A stretch of 64,000 nt of DNA. Origin: Blepharisma stoltei ATCC 30299 (taxonomy: Eukaryota > Protista > Ciliophora). A program made the position numbers and the translations under genes. Of this stretch, positions 46,213 through 57,567 are shown in pieces. Under the pieces are notes generated by a model that saw only the letters and a list, made by a program, of their open reading frames with translations, did no database searches and had not been told where the DNA came from. The DNA lies in assembly GCA_965603825.1 (NCBI GenBank), contig CBFDEM010000043.1, positions 310,001-374,000 of the forward strand, read 5' to 3'. Within the stretch, counting starts at the first letter, position 1. Each line of letters begins with the position of its first letter.

Positions 46213-46697
46213 ATATTTAATTAGAAAACCATCTAGAATTCAATTTCTGATAAACAAAAATTTTTTTTTTAAATTAGACAAAAGCTTTATCTAATTATAT
46301 ATTTCAGATGCTATGCCCCAATCTCCAAATATTGTAATATTTAAGCAAAATTCATGAATTTTCAAAAAGCATATTTCTAAGAGAGACGTCATCAAAATAT
46401 GTTCAACAGTAGAAATCAATCAACTTTTATTGACTTTTCCAAAATTTTTGTAGCAGGACTCCAAATAAAATTCACCAAAATGGAATAATGAAGAAATTCA
46501 AACTTATTAAGCCTTTAAAATCCCAATATTTCTCCCTTCAAAAGGCTTCCTCATTACCTTATTTATTCCCACAAAGCTTTTAATCAGCATTCATTTTCTA
46601 TGATTTTGAGAATTTTTCCATTATTTTTTCTTATCCACAAAGCTTCCATAACGCATGAAGAATTTTCTGTAAAGAGGAATCATTTATAAACAATATA

Positions 46698-47132
46698 ATG
46701 AACCAAGATTTTCAATCTCAAGAAAATTATAACAAAGGACGATGGAATTCTGAGGAGAAAAAGAAGTTTGAAGAAGCCCTTAATTTATATGGGAAAGACT
46801 GAAATAAGATTCAAAATCACATCGCCACAAGGACGCTGGTACAGGTAAGATCCCATGCTCAAAAATATTTCAGGACTGTAGAAAGGCCTCATGAGCCAAA
46901 AATGCCACAACTCTTCAGGCTGAAAGACTCAGAAAACATATTCGAAGAATATGCTGCACAAATGGAGCAATTTAAGCAAATATGGGAATTGAATAACCAA
47001 GTTTTATATCAGACTGTGCCTGATCAATTTTATGGCTTTTACCCAAATGTGATTTTGCCTCAGAAAAGTGAGGAATTGAGGAGTTGTAATATGGGACCGT
47101 GCAAAAAGCTCAAACTTGATTATTGTGAGTAG
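46698..47132 (+). CDS. SHAQKYF-class single-Myb transcription factor
   Basis: GRWNSEEKKKFEEALNLYGKD-W(TGA)-NKIQNHIATRTLVQVRSHAQKYF. Confidence 0.92.
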
Positions 47133-47474
47133 ATAAGCTATCTAATAAAGTAGTAAATTTAAAACGAGTTGAAGATGCTTTTTTCATATAAAATTGAGAT
47201 TTTCTCGTCATTTGTTGATCTTTAGAAACACCCCAGGCGTTTTAATTTTAAATATTTAGCAGCGATTATAATTGAAATAATCGCAGTTTATGGAAAATCT
47301 ATAGTTGTCAGATGATTGAGTCTATCTTGGACAAAAAGAATTACTGTTTTTATTACATATATTTGCAATATTTTTCACATTAAAAAGTTATTATAAGCCA
47401 TCAACAGATCAAATATTTTTATGTAATTAGTCAACTAGTTAGTAATATTAATTATCAATATTTTTTGAGCTCAA

Positions 47475-48019
47475 ATGGAGGAACAAGAAAAGCTATTTGG
47501 AGAAGTCATAATTTTAGGAAATGAAGGTACTGGAAAACCCAATTTTTCAATAACATTCCTTCCAAAGATTTTTTTCCATCTTATGAAAATGAATTTAATA
47601 CAGGTATTGCATATAAGAAATACCAAGTAAACAATAAAACAGCAATTCTTCGATATTGAGATACAGATAAAGACCAAGGATTTAGAAATTTGGGTAATTT
47701 TTCCTTTAAATCTTCTCTAGCTAACGTTATTATTTTTGATATTACAAATCCATCGAGTTAAATCAAATTGAATTTTGATTGGATGATTTAACCGACATTG
47801 AATTCGATGGGAAATTTATAATCTTAGCAGGGAATAAGGCTGATGAAGTAAGAAAAATCAGATATGAAGAAGCTAAAGCTTTTGCTGATAATTATAACAT
47901 GGCTTACATAGAAATTTTCTGCAAAGACAGGAAAAGGATGCAGGAACATTGAAAAAATATTAAAAAGTAAAATATTTTTTGATAATAAATGCATCTATCT
48001 GGTCCATTATTTAAATTAA
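47475..48019 (+). pseudogene. Rab GTPase pseudogene (copy 1, most diverged)
   Basis: VIILGNEGTGK, W(TGA)DT, IIFDIT, LAGNKAD and EI/SAKTG spread over different frames, with internal TAA. Confidence 0.82.
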
Positions 48020-48144
48020 AAAAGGTAATCGAAATTTGAAGATTTAGTTTTATAATTTTAGAATTAATTGAAGAGAAAATAAAGTTTGATACTTTAAGAA
48101 AGGATTTCAGTAAGAAGCACTCAAATTTTTAGCTTGTGATAAAG

Positions 48145-48717
48145 ATGAAACTATTAAATTGCTGTTTATTTACTAGCTTTAAAAATATAATAATTAATAG
48201 CAATGGAAGAGGAGAGAAAAATACCTGGAAAAGTTGTATTATAGGGGAATCGAAATCTGGAAAAACTAGCTTTTTGAATAAAGTTATTGGGAACCGTTTC
48301 AGTGCGAGCTATAAACGTACAATCGGCTCAGATTTCTCCTGTAAAGAATACCAAATAGGTGAAAAACTTTTAACCCTTCAATTCTGGGATACTCCAAGGC
48401 GGGAAGGTTTCCAGCGCTTAGGCTATGCATTTTGTCGAGGAGCTCAAGCTTATTTCATTTTCTTTGACATAACAGATAGATATTCCTTTGAACAAGTCAG
48501 CGATTGGAAAGACGAGTTTGAGAGCAATGTGGGCGATAATGTTTTTGGAATCTTGGTTGGAAACAAAATTGATATAAATAATGAAAGAGTTGTTTGCTAC
48601 GAAGAAGCAAAAACCTTCGCTGATCATCATAAAATGATTTATATAGAGATTTCAGCAAAGACAGGGCAGGGATGCGAAGTTCTTGAAAGAATAGTAGCAA
48701 ATAAAATAGCACAATAA
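48145..48717 (+). CDS. Divergent Rab-like GTPase (copy 2; native start frameshifted, possibly pseudogene)
   Basis: GESKSGKT, TIG.DF, WDT, GNKID, SAKTG; likely ancestral ATG 48203 hits TAG because of a 1-nt deletion; WDTPRRE replaces WDTAGQE; no C-terminal Cys. Confidence 0.6.
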   Translation: MKLLNCCLFTSFKNIIINSNGRGEKNTWKSCIIGESKSGKTSFLNKVIGNRFSASYKRTIGSDFSCKEYQIGEKLLTLQFWDTPRREGFQRLGYAFCRGAQAYFIFFDITDRYSFEQVSDWKDEFESNVGDNVFGILVGNKIDINNERVVCYEEAKTFADHHKMIYIEISAKTGQGCEVLERIVANKIAQ

Positions 48718-49815
48718 GTCAATTGAAGCGAGGGCATCGCTGTATTAATTATAGAGTCAAAATTTTATTAAAACTTTAATTTCTCATAAAAACATATTTA
48801 GCATATAACAGGCTAATATTTTTAACATATTAATTAATTTTAGATAATTCAACTTCCAAAAGAAGATCTAACATTGTCTCTTTATTTTATATAGAATCTT
48901 TTATTAAGATGTTCATATGAAAGGAAACTCATAAGATGAATATTAAATAGCTGTTATCTTACTGTAAATAGTAATTATGAATAAAAAAAAGATCTGTAAA
49001 ATTTTTTATGGAAGAACTTAAAATGTTGATTGAATAAATTGTTTTAATACTGACAATAGGCATAATAATTGATTTGTGCACCTTGAGAAAAAGTCTTAAA
49101 AAGTTGTAATTATAGGGGATTCGAAATCTGGGAAAACTAGCTTTAATAAAAGAATTGTTTTGAACCGTTTCAGTATGAGCTATAAATGTACAATCGGTTT
49201 AGATTTCTTATGTAAAGAATACCAAATAGGTGAAAAGCTTTTAGCCCTTCAATTCTGGGATACTGTCATGCTCGAGTGACAAGCTTCGGCCACCAGTATA
49301 TACGAGGAGCTCAAGCTTATTTCATTTTCTTTGACATAACAAATAGATCTTCCTTTAAAAATGTCAGCATTTGGAAAGACGAGTTTGAGATGACTGCGGG
49401 CGATAGAGTTTTTGGAATCTTGGTTGGAAACAAAATTGATATGAATAATAAAAGAGTTGTTTGTTACGAAGAAGCAAAAACCTTCGCTGATCGTCATAAA
49501 ATGATTTATATAGAGATTTCAGTAAAGACAGGGCAGGGATGCAAAGTTCTTGAAAGAATAGTAGCAAATAAAATAGTACAATTAGTCACTTGAAGCGAGG
49601 GCATCGCTTAATTAGTGATATATCTAAACTTTTATTAAAACTTTAATTTCTTATGAAAACTATATTTGGTGATCTGTATAAAAGGCTAATATTTTTAGCA
49701 TTTTGATTACTTTTAGAGATCCAACTTCCAAAAAAAGATCTGAACAATTGCCACTTTATTTTATATAGAATCTTATATTAAGATGCTTAGCATGAAAGTA
49801 AATTCTAATGATGAA
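48230..49815 (+). repeat. Tandem segmental duplication (~48230-48950 vs ~49100-49815)
   Basis: Shared coding sequence plus 3' flank (ttgaagcgagggcatcgct, ttttattaaaactttaatttc, caacttccaaaa, tttattttatatagaatctt). Confidence 0.88.
49100..49611 (+). pseudogene. Rab GTPase pseudogene (copy 3)
   Basis: Near-duplicate of copy 2; in-frame TAA immediately before KVVIIG, no start codon, frameshift after WDT. Confidence 0.82.
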
Positions 49816-50540
49816 TTAATAAATTCTATTCGATCTTAAAGATCAATATAATTAAAATAAAATAAAGCAGAATATTTTTTAAGGATCTTAATTTGATCAA
49901 TTAAATTTTTTAATATAAAATAAAAAATTATCTGCATTCGGAATTATCTGTCTCTTAATCAAGCTCGTTAATTCTTGTAAAAAGCAAAAAATAGAAGAAA
50001 CACACAGTAATTACCCTCATGCTTTTGTCTAAATAAGATCTCAATTATTTAATATGGGAAAGTGAGACTCCTAATAAAAATTCACAATTAGCGATTAGAG
50101 ACTAATTCTTTTTAAATGTCTAGTAAACGCGATGATAATTTTTCTTAAACTTAACCATATTTTATTTAAATATTTTAATAGTTAAAAGCTAATGATCTAC
50201 TATAATTTCATTTTGGATATCCACTTTCGCATTGAATTTAGGCTTTGACTTATATAATATAATAGTTTATAGTCTGCATGATATCTAAATCCATGCATCA
50301 TTAACTAGAAAATAAATTATTATACAAAAACATAATTTTAATGCTTCACTGATGGCCCTCTAATATTGCAATTTGAGCATGAACCATGAATGTCAAGCCA
50401 GCAATAATATGTTTCATTATGATTTTCAATATTTCTCGACTATCAGAAATCGCCATTTTATTATGAACTCAAATTAGCTATTTTCTGTTAATCAATAATA
50501 TGCCCTCTGGGTACTGTTGATTACCAATAAATTTAAAAAA

Positions 50541-51530
50541 ATGGATATTCCGATCTTAGGCTTTCATTCAAAACGGGATTTATCAAGCAGATACTTAATA
50601 AAATACCCTGAAATAGTCGAATTAGAAGCAGGAATTCCTTACAAAGAATTTTTCTATCATAGCAGAGCCCGTGATAAAAATCTTGAATTCAGAGTGGTAA
50701 AAAGGATAACTGAAACTAAACAGCACGCAGAACTGCTTATAGAAAATTCTGCCCTTACTTGCCCATTAAATCGCTATGCAGATATTTTACCATATCGAGA
50801 TACGATAGTTCCTCTTTCATATTACCTTTATATAAATGCTAGCTTTATTGATGGATCAATAGCAAATTCTGAGCAAATGTTTATAGCTACACAAGGTCCT
50901 CTTAGATGTACTATGGATGCATTCTGGAGTATGATATGAGAATATAATGTTTCTTTGATAATCATGATGTGTAGCGTACAGGAGGGAGGAGTTTCGAAAT
51001 GTGAAGAATATTTTCCGACTAAATGTTCAATTCATTTGATAGAGTTTGAAATTACCTTAATAAAGAAGGTTAATAGATACTCCTCTTTAATAGAAAGAAC
51101 TCTACTAGTGACTCATATTCCCAGTGATGAATGTAAAATTATCACCCATTTGCAAAGTACTTCATGGCCAGACCAAGGGGTACCTAAAGTATTTGATGAA
51201 TTCAGTTCAATTAATTACATGATTTCTATGATAAAGAAAAAAAGGCAAGGAAACTCAAAGATTGCAGTACATTGCTCAGCAGGAATAGGAAGAACTGGAG
51301 TTTTAATTGGACTTAATAATCTTGTGGCTCAGTTAGATGAAAGGCTTTGTGAGGAGCTATACGATTTAGACACAGACCCAACATTATCTATATTTGGGAC
51401 TGTAAGAAAACTGAGGGAACAAAGATGAGGGATGGTTGCGACTGCAAAGCAATATAAATTCATGTATAAGTTTATGGAATATTGAATAGCGTCATTTTTA
51501 GCTTACAAAAGTCAATTTAAAAGAGTTTAA
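50541..51530 (+). CDS. Classical protein tyrosine phosphatase
   Basis: NRYADILPY, YINAS, IATQGPL, FWSMI-W(TGA), WPDQGVP, VHCSAGIGRTG, LREQR-W-GMV; TAA 51528-51530. Confidence 0.93.
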
Positions 51531-51553
51531 TTAATTAAAATTTTAGGAATCAA

Positions 51554-52114
51554 TTATTCTAAGTAAATTTTTATATCTTCCTTTTTACACCATTTTTTAA
51601 AGTTTATCCTCACATACATGGTGTATTGATTTATCAAATCTTTAACTGTATCAGGAATATCACATATTGACAGCTTATCCATAGCAGCTTCTCCATTTAA
51701 ATCTAGAGTTTCAATTTCTTTTAGCTCCATGCATATTTTATATCTTTCCATAGCATCAAATGATCTAACGCAACTTCTGACTCTTGAGAAATAGTCGATT
51801 TCACTTCGAATCATTTTATTCTTCTTTTTGGTAATAAAATTGCACACTCGCTCTGTAACCATTATGATATACCCACATGCAGGCATTACATTATTTTTTC
51901 CCAATCGAACTCCATCTTCTTGCGGTTTTTTAGTTGGGTATGGTTTGTAAGCAAGAGGTCTTTTAAGCTTTTTTTCTATAAGTTCTGTACTTTCTTCTAG
52001 TGCTGATTTGAAGCGCCTACACTGTTGGCAACAATTATTTGGATCTTTTTCAAGTTGAATAAATCTGGAGATTGGGTCTTTGCAGCCCATACAAATTTTC
52101 TCTTCCTTTTTCAT
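51554..52114 (-). CDS. Unknown protein with N-terminal CxxC..CxxC (tandem paralog A)
   Basis: CMGC...CCQQC; paralog of 52518-53060. Confidence 0.8.
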   Translation of the reverse strand: MKKEEKICMGCKDPISRFIQLEKDPNNCCQQCRRFKSALEESTELIEKKLKRPLAYKPYPTKKPQEDGVRLGKNNVMPACGYIIMVTERVCNFITKKKNKMIRSEIDYFSRVRSCVRSFDAMERYKICMELKEIETLDLNGEAAMDKLSICDIPDTVKDLINQYTMYVRINFKKWCKKEDIKIYLE

Positions 52115-52517
52115 ATTTTAAGTCCCCCAAAATTATTACTTGAATTTCTGATGAGAACAATATATTTCCTCTTACTTGAAGTTTATTGAATCATGACTTT
52201 CCTTAGTATAATTATAATAAATCAGGATTATCAATATCTGAAGCTGCAAAAGAAGCAATTTGATAAAGTACAGGAGAGCTGTACTTAAAAAATTTATAGA
52301 TTTGTATATAAATTTATGGCTTATTTAGTTGTTTGTTTAAATCTATAAGCCAATTAATTAATATTAATACAAGAACGATAAATTTAAATTTACTAAGGCA
52401 ATATCCACCCTAAATGATTTATCTAAATTAATTCATTGAGAATTTAATAATGTGAGTGTAAATTAGAAGACTATAAATAAAGATCGTTAATGAGAGTTAA
52501 AACTTAAGTAAAGTTTA

Positions 52518-53060
52518 TTAAATCTTCCTTTCCCATTTTTTAAAGTTTATTCTCACATACATGGTGTATTGATTTATCAAATCTTTAACTGTATCAGGTA
52601 TATCACATATTGACAATTTATCCATAGCAGCTTCACCGTATAGATCTAAATTTTCAAGATCTTTTAGTTCCTCAATAATTTTTTCTTTTTCTTTGTTATC
52701 AAATCCTCTTGCACAATTTCTGACTCTTGCAAAAAAATCAATTTCACCGCGAATCTGCTTATTCTTATCATTTGAAAAATAATTGCACACTCTCTCTGTA
52801 ACCATTATAATATACTTGGATAATTGGATTGTGCTATTTCTCCCGGGCTTGGGTGCATATTCTTGCAGCTTTTTCTTTGGATTTGGGTGTTTATATCTAA
52901 GATTTTTCTTAAGCTTTTTTTCTATAAGTTGAGTACTCTCATCTAGTGCTGACTTAAAGCGCCGACATTTCTGACAACAATTAGTTGGATCCTTTGCAAG
53001 TTGAATAAATCTGGAGATTGGGTCTTTGCAGCCCATACAATTTTTCTCTTCACTCTTCAT
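52518..53060 (-). CDS. Unknown protein with N-terminal CxxC..CxxC (tandem paralog B)
   Basis: CMGC...CCQKC; shares an identical 35-aa C-terminal block with paralog A. Confidence 0.8.
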   Translation of the reverse strand: MKSEEKNCMGCKDPISRFIQLAKDPTNCCQKCRRFKSALDESTQLIEKKLKKNLRYKHPNPKKKLQEYAPKPGRNSTIQLSKYIIMVTERVCNYFSNDKNKQIRGEIDFFARVRNCARGFDNKEKEKIIEELKDLENLDLYGEAAMDKLSICDIPDTVKDLINQYTMYVRINFKKWERKI

Positions 53061-53705
53061 TTTTAAGTCCCCCAAAAATTATTAATAATTAATTGGAAAT
53101 TTTGCTTTTATGACCCTATTGTGAATTAAAACTTAAAATACCAATAAAAAGCTTTTTATCCCAATTGACTTTCACTTTGAGCCTTATAGCAATAATGCTG
53201 ATTACTAAAAATATTTTGAAGCAAATAGATATTTGTCTGGTTTATGATTTAAAGTGTTTATTTATTAATTAAATTATTTATATTGAGAACTCATACTTAA
53301 TTATTGATTGAATCTATTCTAAAATCAAAGATCCTAATGGTCTGCAGAGAATTATCTTCAATTTTTTAAAGGACGGCTATTGATAATTTATTATTCTCTT
53401 GGCGAGAGCATTGGCATATCAAAATATATTGAGGTAAATACGTTTGTAGATATTATTTATTATAATTAAGAACAAAGGTTATCATTCTCTATTTTCTACT
53501 TTCCAAAAAACCATTCGTTATGAAAAATTCTTAAAAGTAAATCTAGACAATTACCTCTCTTCGACCAGAAGTATTGAAAATTTCGATATAAACTAATCTT
53601 CTTCAAACTGATATATTTCTACAAACCAAAAGCAATTTAGAAGCCATACTGTTTTTCGTATATTTTTAAAAATCAAAATAATTCACCAAATTTCACAAAT
53701 TTATT

Positions 53706-55019
53706 ATGGAGCAACTATTTTATGACCCTCTTACCTCATCTCCACCTCAATCTCCTGCGAAGAAAGTTGAGCAAGTTCAAGAACCTCCAAAGAAAGTAGA
53801 AGAAGAGCAAGAGCCTGAAGAAGTTTATCTGCAAAATGTAAGCGAGAATATTTCCAGACAAATTCAGCTGATTGACGACAATTTTACTCCAAAAATCAAA
53901 AGAGGTGACGAAGAAATCCAGATTTCTGTGACAAATCCGATTTTTAAAGAGGATAAAATCACTAAACACGTTATTTATACAATACTTGGAAGAGACAATT
54001 CAGGGCCATTTGAGACTTATCGTCGCTATAAAGATTTTATTGCTCTTCGATCAAGTTTGGTTATTAGATGGCCAGGCTGTTATATTCCTCAGCTTCCGCC
54101 AAAGCAACGTGTGGTAAGAATTATTTAGGGAAACAAGCAGCCTCAGTTTATAGAACAAAGAAGAAAATTACTGGAATATTTTATGAAAAGATGTGTAGGG
54201 CTTTCTTATATAAAATCATCAGAAGAATTCAGACTTTTTCTCAGAGGTGCTGGCGAATATAAAAGAATCATTCTTGAACAAAGAAGACCAAACTACATAG
54301 AAATCGCTCATAGCTTACAAAACGAATTCACTGAGTTCTCATTATACCAGTTATCAGATGAAGCCAACAGACAAATAGCTGAAGCAGAAAAATTATTCCA
54401 AGGAGGACTTGAAACATTAGAAAAATTTGAAGATGTCTGCAAATTAAATGTGGATTATTATGCGTCTTTTGATAATGAACTCCTAGGACTTATGCAAGGT
54501 CTGAAAAATATAAATGTCTTTTATCAGCAAAATTATAATGCGAGAGAAATAAAAATTCCTTTGAGAGATTCGCATATTAATCCTTATCAAATTTTATTGG
54601 ATTGGGTGAGGTGTGAAATATTGGATATGCAAGCGATTATAGAAGCTATTGAAAAGAAAAATGAGTATGATAGGATAAGAGAATCTGCTGAAAGCAAACT
54701 TGAAGAAGATAAAGCACAGTTAGAAAAATTAATGAGTGGCAAAAAGACATTATCGCAAAGATTATCTGCAAAACCAAAGGAGCACCACATATCAAAGCAA
54801 GAAACTATAATTCAAGAGTTGGAAGCCGAAATTAAAAGCATTTTGACTATAAATAAAATTATTACAGCAAGGCTTATACATAAAGAAATCCCAGCATTTA
54901 AAGATACAAAGCTTTCACTATATGAAGTTATTATGCGAACTTTTACGACCTCAACAATAGAAGAGCTCCAGAGTTTGATAAATCAAGGAAAGACTATTGA
55001 AGAAAGTTTAAACTTTTAA
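53706..55019 (+). CDS. Sorting nexin (PX + BAR-like), one intron
   Basis: HVIYTI, RRYKDF, IPQLPPKQRV/GNKQPQFIEQRR after removing intron 54114-54128. Confidence 0.9.
54114..54128 (+). other. 15-nt spliceosomal intron
   Basis: GTAAGAATTATTTAG; its TAG is an in-frame stop and removal restores the PX motif. Confidence 0.9.
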
Positions 55020-55164
55020 ACGTAATTAGTTGATAACCCTTATTATAAACAATTTATAAAAATAGCGTCGATTTGAAGCAAAGTCATATACATATAACAA
55101 TAGTTACGATTAATTACACTTAGTATAGCATTTATATGAATTCTTCTTGGATAATAACCCTTAA

Positions 55165-56959
55165 TTAATAATTAGTAAATGTATGCTCAGGTTTATGGGC
55201 ATTAAATCCTTTCAATTCAAGTGTATCTTTTTTAATATAGCAATGCTCACATAGTTCAAAATTGAAGCACATATTGCACTTATATTTAGGCGAAACTAAG
55301 GGATTTCTTCCACATCCGCTACATATGGACATTTTAAAAGTCCTATTTGATAATGTTATGATTTCTATTCTATGCTTGGAATCATGGCCTTTTATCTGCT
55401 CAAACTCTTTAAAGCTGCAGTTGAAAAAACAATTTTGGCCTACATTAATATTTACATAACGTCAAATGGCTGCAGTCAGCACATAAAAAACAAGGCCCTA
55501 ATATAGGCTTCTGATAGCAACTGACACATCGCTTATTTTCATGTATCGGCAAGCCATTTCCAGCTTGTGGTTTTTCATGAGCTTGAAAAATATGGTTAAA
55601 GCAGCCAGTTTGGCTCTCAATAATTTCATCATAACAGTCTAAATAAATCTTACTTTCACAATAATCGATATTCTCACACTGTAAGCATTGAAAGCGGCAT
55701 CCCCAAATTGGCTCCACCCCACATCTGTCACATTTATGGTAATGGTGCAGCGTATCTTGAGTGTTATTATTTTCCAGCTTAAAATAATCCTGCATTGTAT
55801 CGTTGCGTTCTTGCTGGACGTTTTCTATACATTGTTCACAAATGTCGAAATTTCTCTGCTTCTTGGATTTGAACCTCAAAAGACCTTCAGGGATGTCGCG
55901 CTTGCATTTATCGCAGACTGTATGGTTTCTCCATTTTTCGAAAACTTCTCCAATTTGATTGCCAAGAGACAGCCAACCAGGACGTAGATTATTATTTCTC
56001 GCAAAAATTTCGCATTTTTTGGATCCTGGCATCATAAGCTCAATGATAGTATAAAGCTGGTCTGGCTTTTGGCTTTTTTTTCTTACATCAGCGATGATAA
56101 GATCGTTGGAGACTTTAGATCGGAATTCTACTTTTTCTCCTGGCGGACATTTGTAGCCCACTATACACATTTCAGTGGAATGCAAAAAATAAAAGCCATG
56201 AGAAACCATAGCTCGGCGGCCACCTTGTGTAGTCTTAACCCATATGAGATGGTCTACACACTCGTAGCCTCACTTGTTCAAGCAGTCATATCCTGCATTC
56301 ATATTTCCACTTAATACCCATATAAAGCAGAACCCTTTCTTGGAGAGTTTTTCTATAGGGATTTCCATTATTTCTTGGTTAGAAAGCGTATCATACTCCA
56401 GCTGGAACTTGTTATTAGAAAACATAAACGGCGAATCAGAATTTTTTTGGCCTCCACGTATTCTTCACGGTGGGTCTACCACAACGACATCAAAGAGCCC
56501 AAACTTTTCAACAATGTAATCCAAGTTAAAATACCTCAGATCGCAGTTAATAAAGGTGCTTTCCATCATCTTCGTGTCAGTTGGGGCGCCTAATTCGATT
56601 GTATTGAGAAGTTCGTTGACCAGATCTCTGACGATAAGGTCATCGTCTTCTTTCTTCTTTTTGCGAGGCTCAGATGGCTGCTTGTGCTTTTTGTTGGCTT
56701 GCGTTTTGGCCCTAGGCAATTGGACAGGGATGGTAGTTTGGGGCTCTAGTTTGAAGTCATATGAATTCAGGTGGGAATCAGACATTTCTTCAGAGGCGCT
56801 TTCTACGATTTCGTCTGCGATTTGAGCCCTCTTCTTTGCAGGTTGAGCTAATGGAGTGAACATCTGTCGCTGGACTTGGCTTCGATCTCGGAACTCAAAC
56901 CGATGTCCCCACTTGCTTTTGTCGTCGATATCGATTCCCTTTTTACGAGGCTTTTCCAT
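55165..56959 (-). CDS. MT-A70 family adenine methyltransferase with four C-terminal ZZ fingers (AMT2/AMT5-like)
   Basis: FDVVVVDPP-W(TGA), YDTL, GFCFIWV, L.KWGY..VD.LIWVK, GFYFLHSTE.C.VG, SQKP, EIFAR..NLRPGWLSLGNQ; ZZ repeats; introns 55639-55653 and 55440-55455; ~587 aa. Confidence 0.9.
55440..55455 (-). other. 16-nt intron
   Basis: GTAAATATTAATGTAG; removal restores LCQNC and opens a fourth ZZ finger. Confidence 0.9.
55639..55653 (-). other. 15-nt intron (in frame, no stop)
   Basis: GTAAGATTTATTTAG; removal converts DYCESKIYLDC to canonical ZZ DYCENC. Confidence 0.85.
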
Positions 56960-57074
56960 ATTTAATTAAAGCCTTCAGTGAAAGAGTGGCTAAAAAATCA
57001 AAAACCACTCACGGAACCCATAGCCCATTTTTATTAAAGTTAAATTTCAGTTGCCTTTAGAAAAATTTTGAGAG

Positions 57075-57215
57075 TTAGGAGAATGGAAATAAGAAAGGAG
57101 AATTATAGCCTTGAGTGTTGTCAGTCTTGTCGAAAGCCCATCTAGGCATAGGTCTGTTTTGTTTTCTTAGCCTTCCTATTGGTTTTTTTGCTCTCAACAA
57201 TTTGACAGCTCCCAT
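57075..57215 (-). pseudogene. Ribosomal protein eL39-derived ORF with replaced C-terminus
   Basis: MGAVKLLRAKKPIGRLRKQNRPMPRWAFDKTDNTQGYNSPFLFPFS*; retains KQNRP.P.W and YNS but lacks the basic KRR.WRRTKL tail. Confidence 0.7.
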
Positions 57216-57567
57216 TTATGAGATTTATTTATTAATAAGTAGGGAGAAAAAAGCAATTGGGGATAGGACTTTTAGTTCTCAAGAAATAATTTATTTTTAT
57301 TTTGGCGCTATAGTCTGGCTCATTAATTAGAATTCGAGATGATAATTATGCGAAAAAACAATTAAAATTGATAAAGAATTTGATTATGAATTAGCAGATA
57401 CTTTGACTTAGCTGATAATTCTTAAGGCGATTAAATCTTTTAAGTAAGTCTTAATAGTTTATTTGTGTTAGAAAATAAGCTTAATTTAAATGTAGCTAGA
57501 AAATTTCAGAGCTAAATATCAATTTTTTGCATTTTTATATATTCATGCAGCGAATTGAAATAGCTTT

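Noticed and set aside
48233-48244. GTTGTATTATAG as an intron rescuing the Rab copy-2 start
   Set aside because: Only 12 nt, shorter than the 15-16 nt class, and removal would not correct the frame
57115-57330. 71-aa plus-strand ORF from the track
   Set aside because: Non-ATG start, no motif, and it overlaps the better-supported eL39-like ORF on the minus strand
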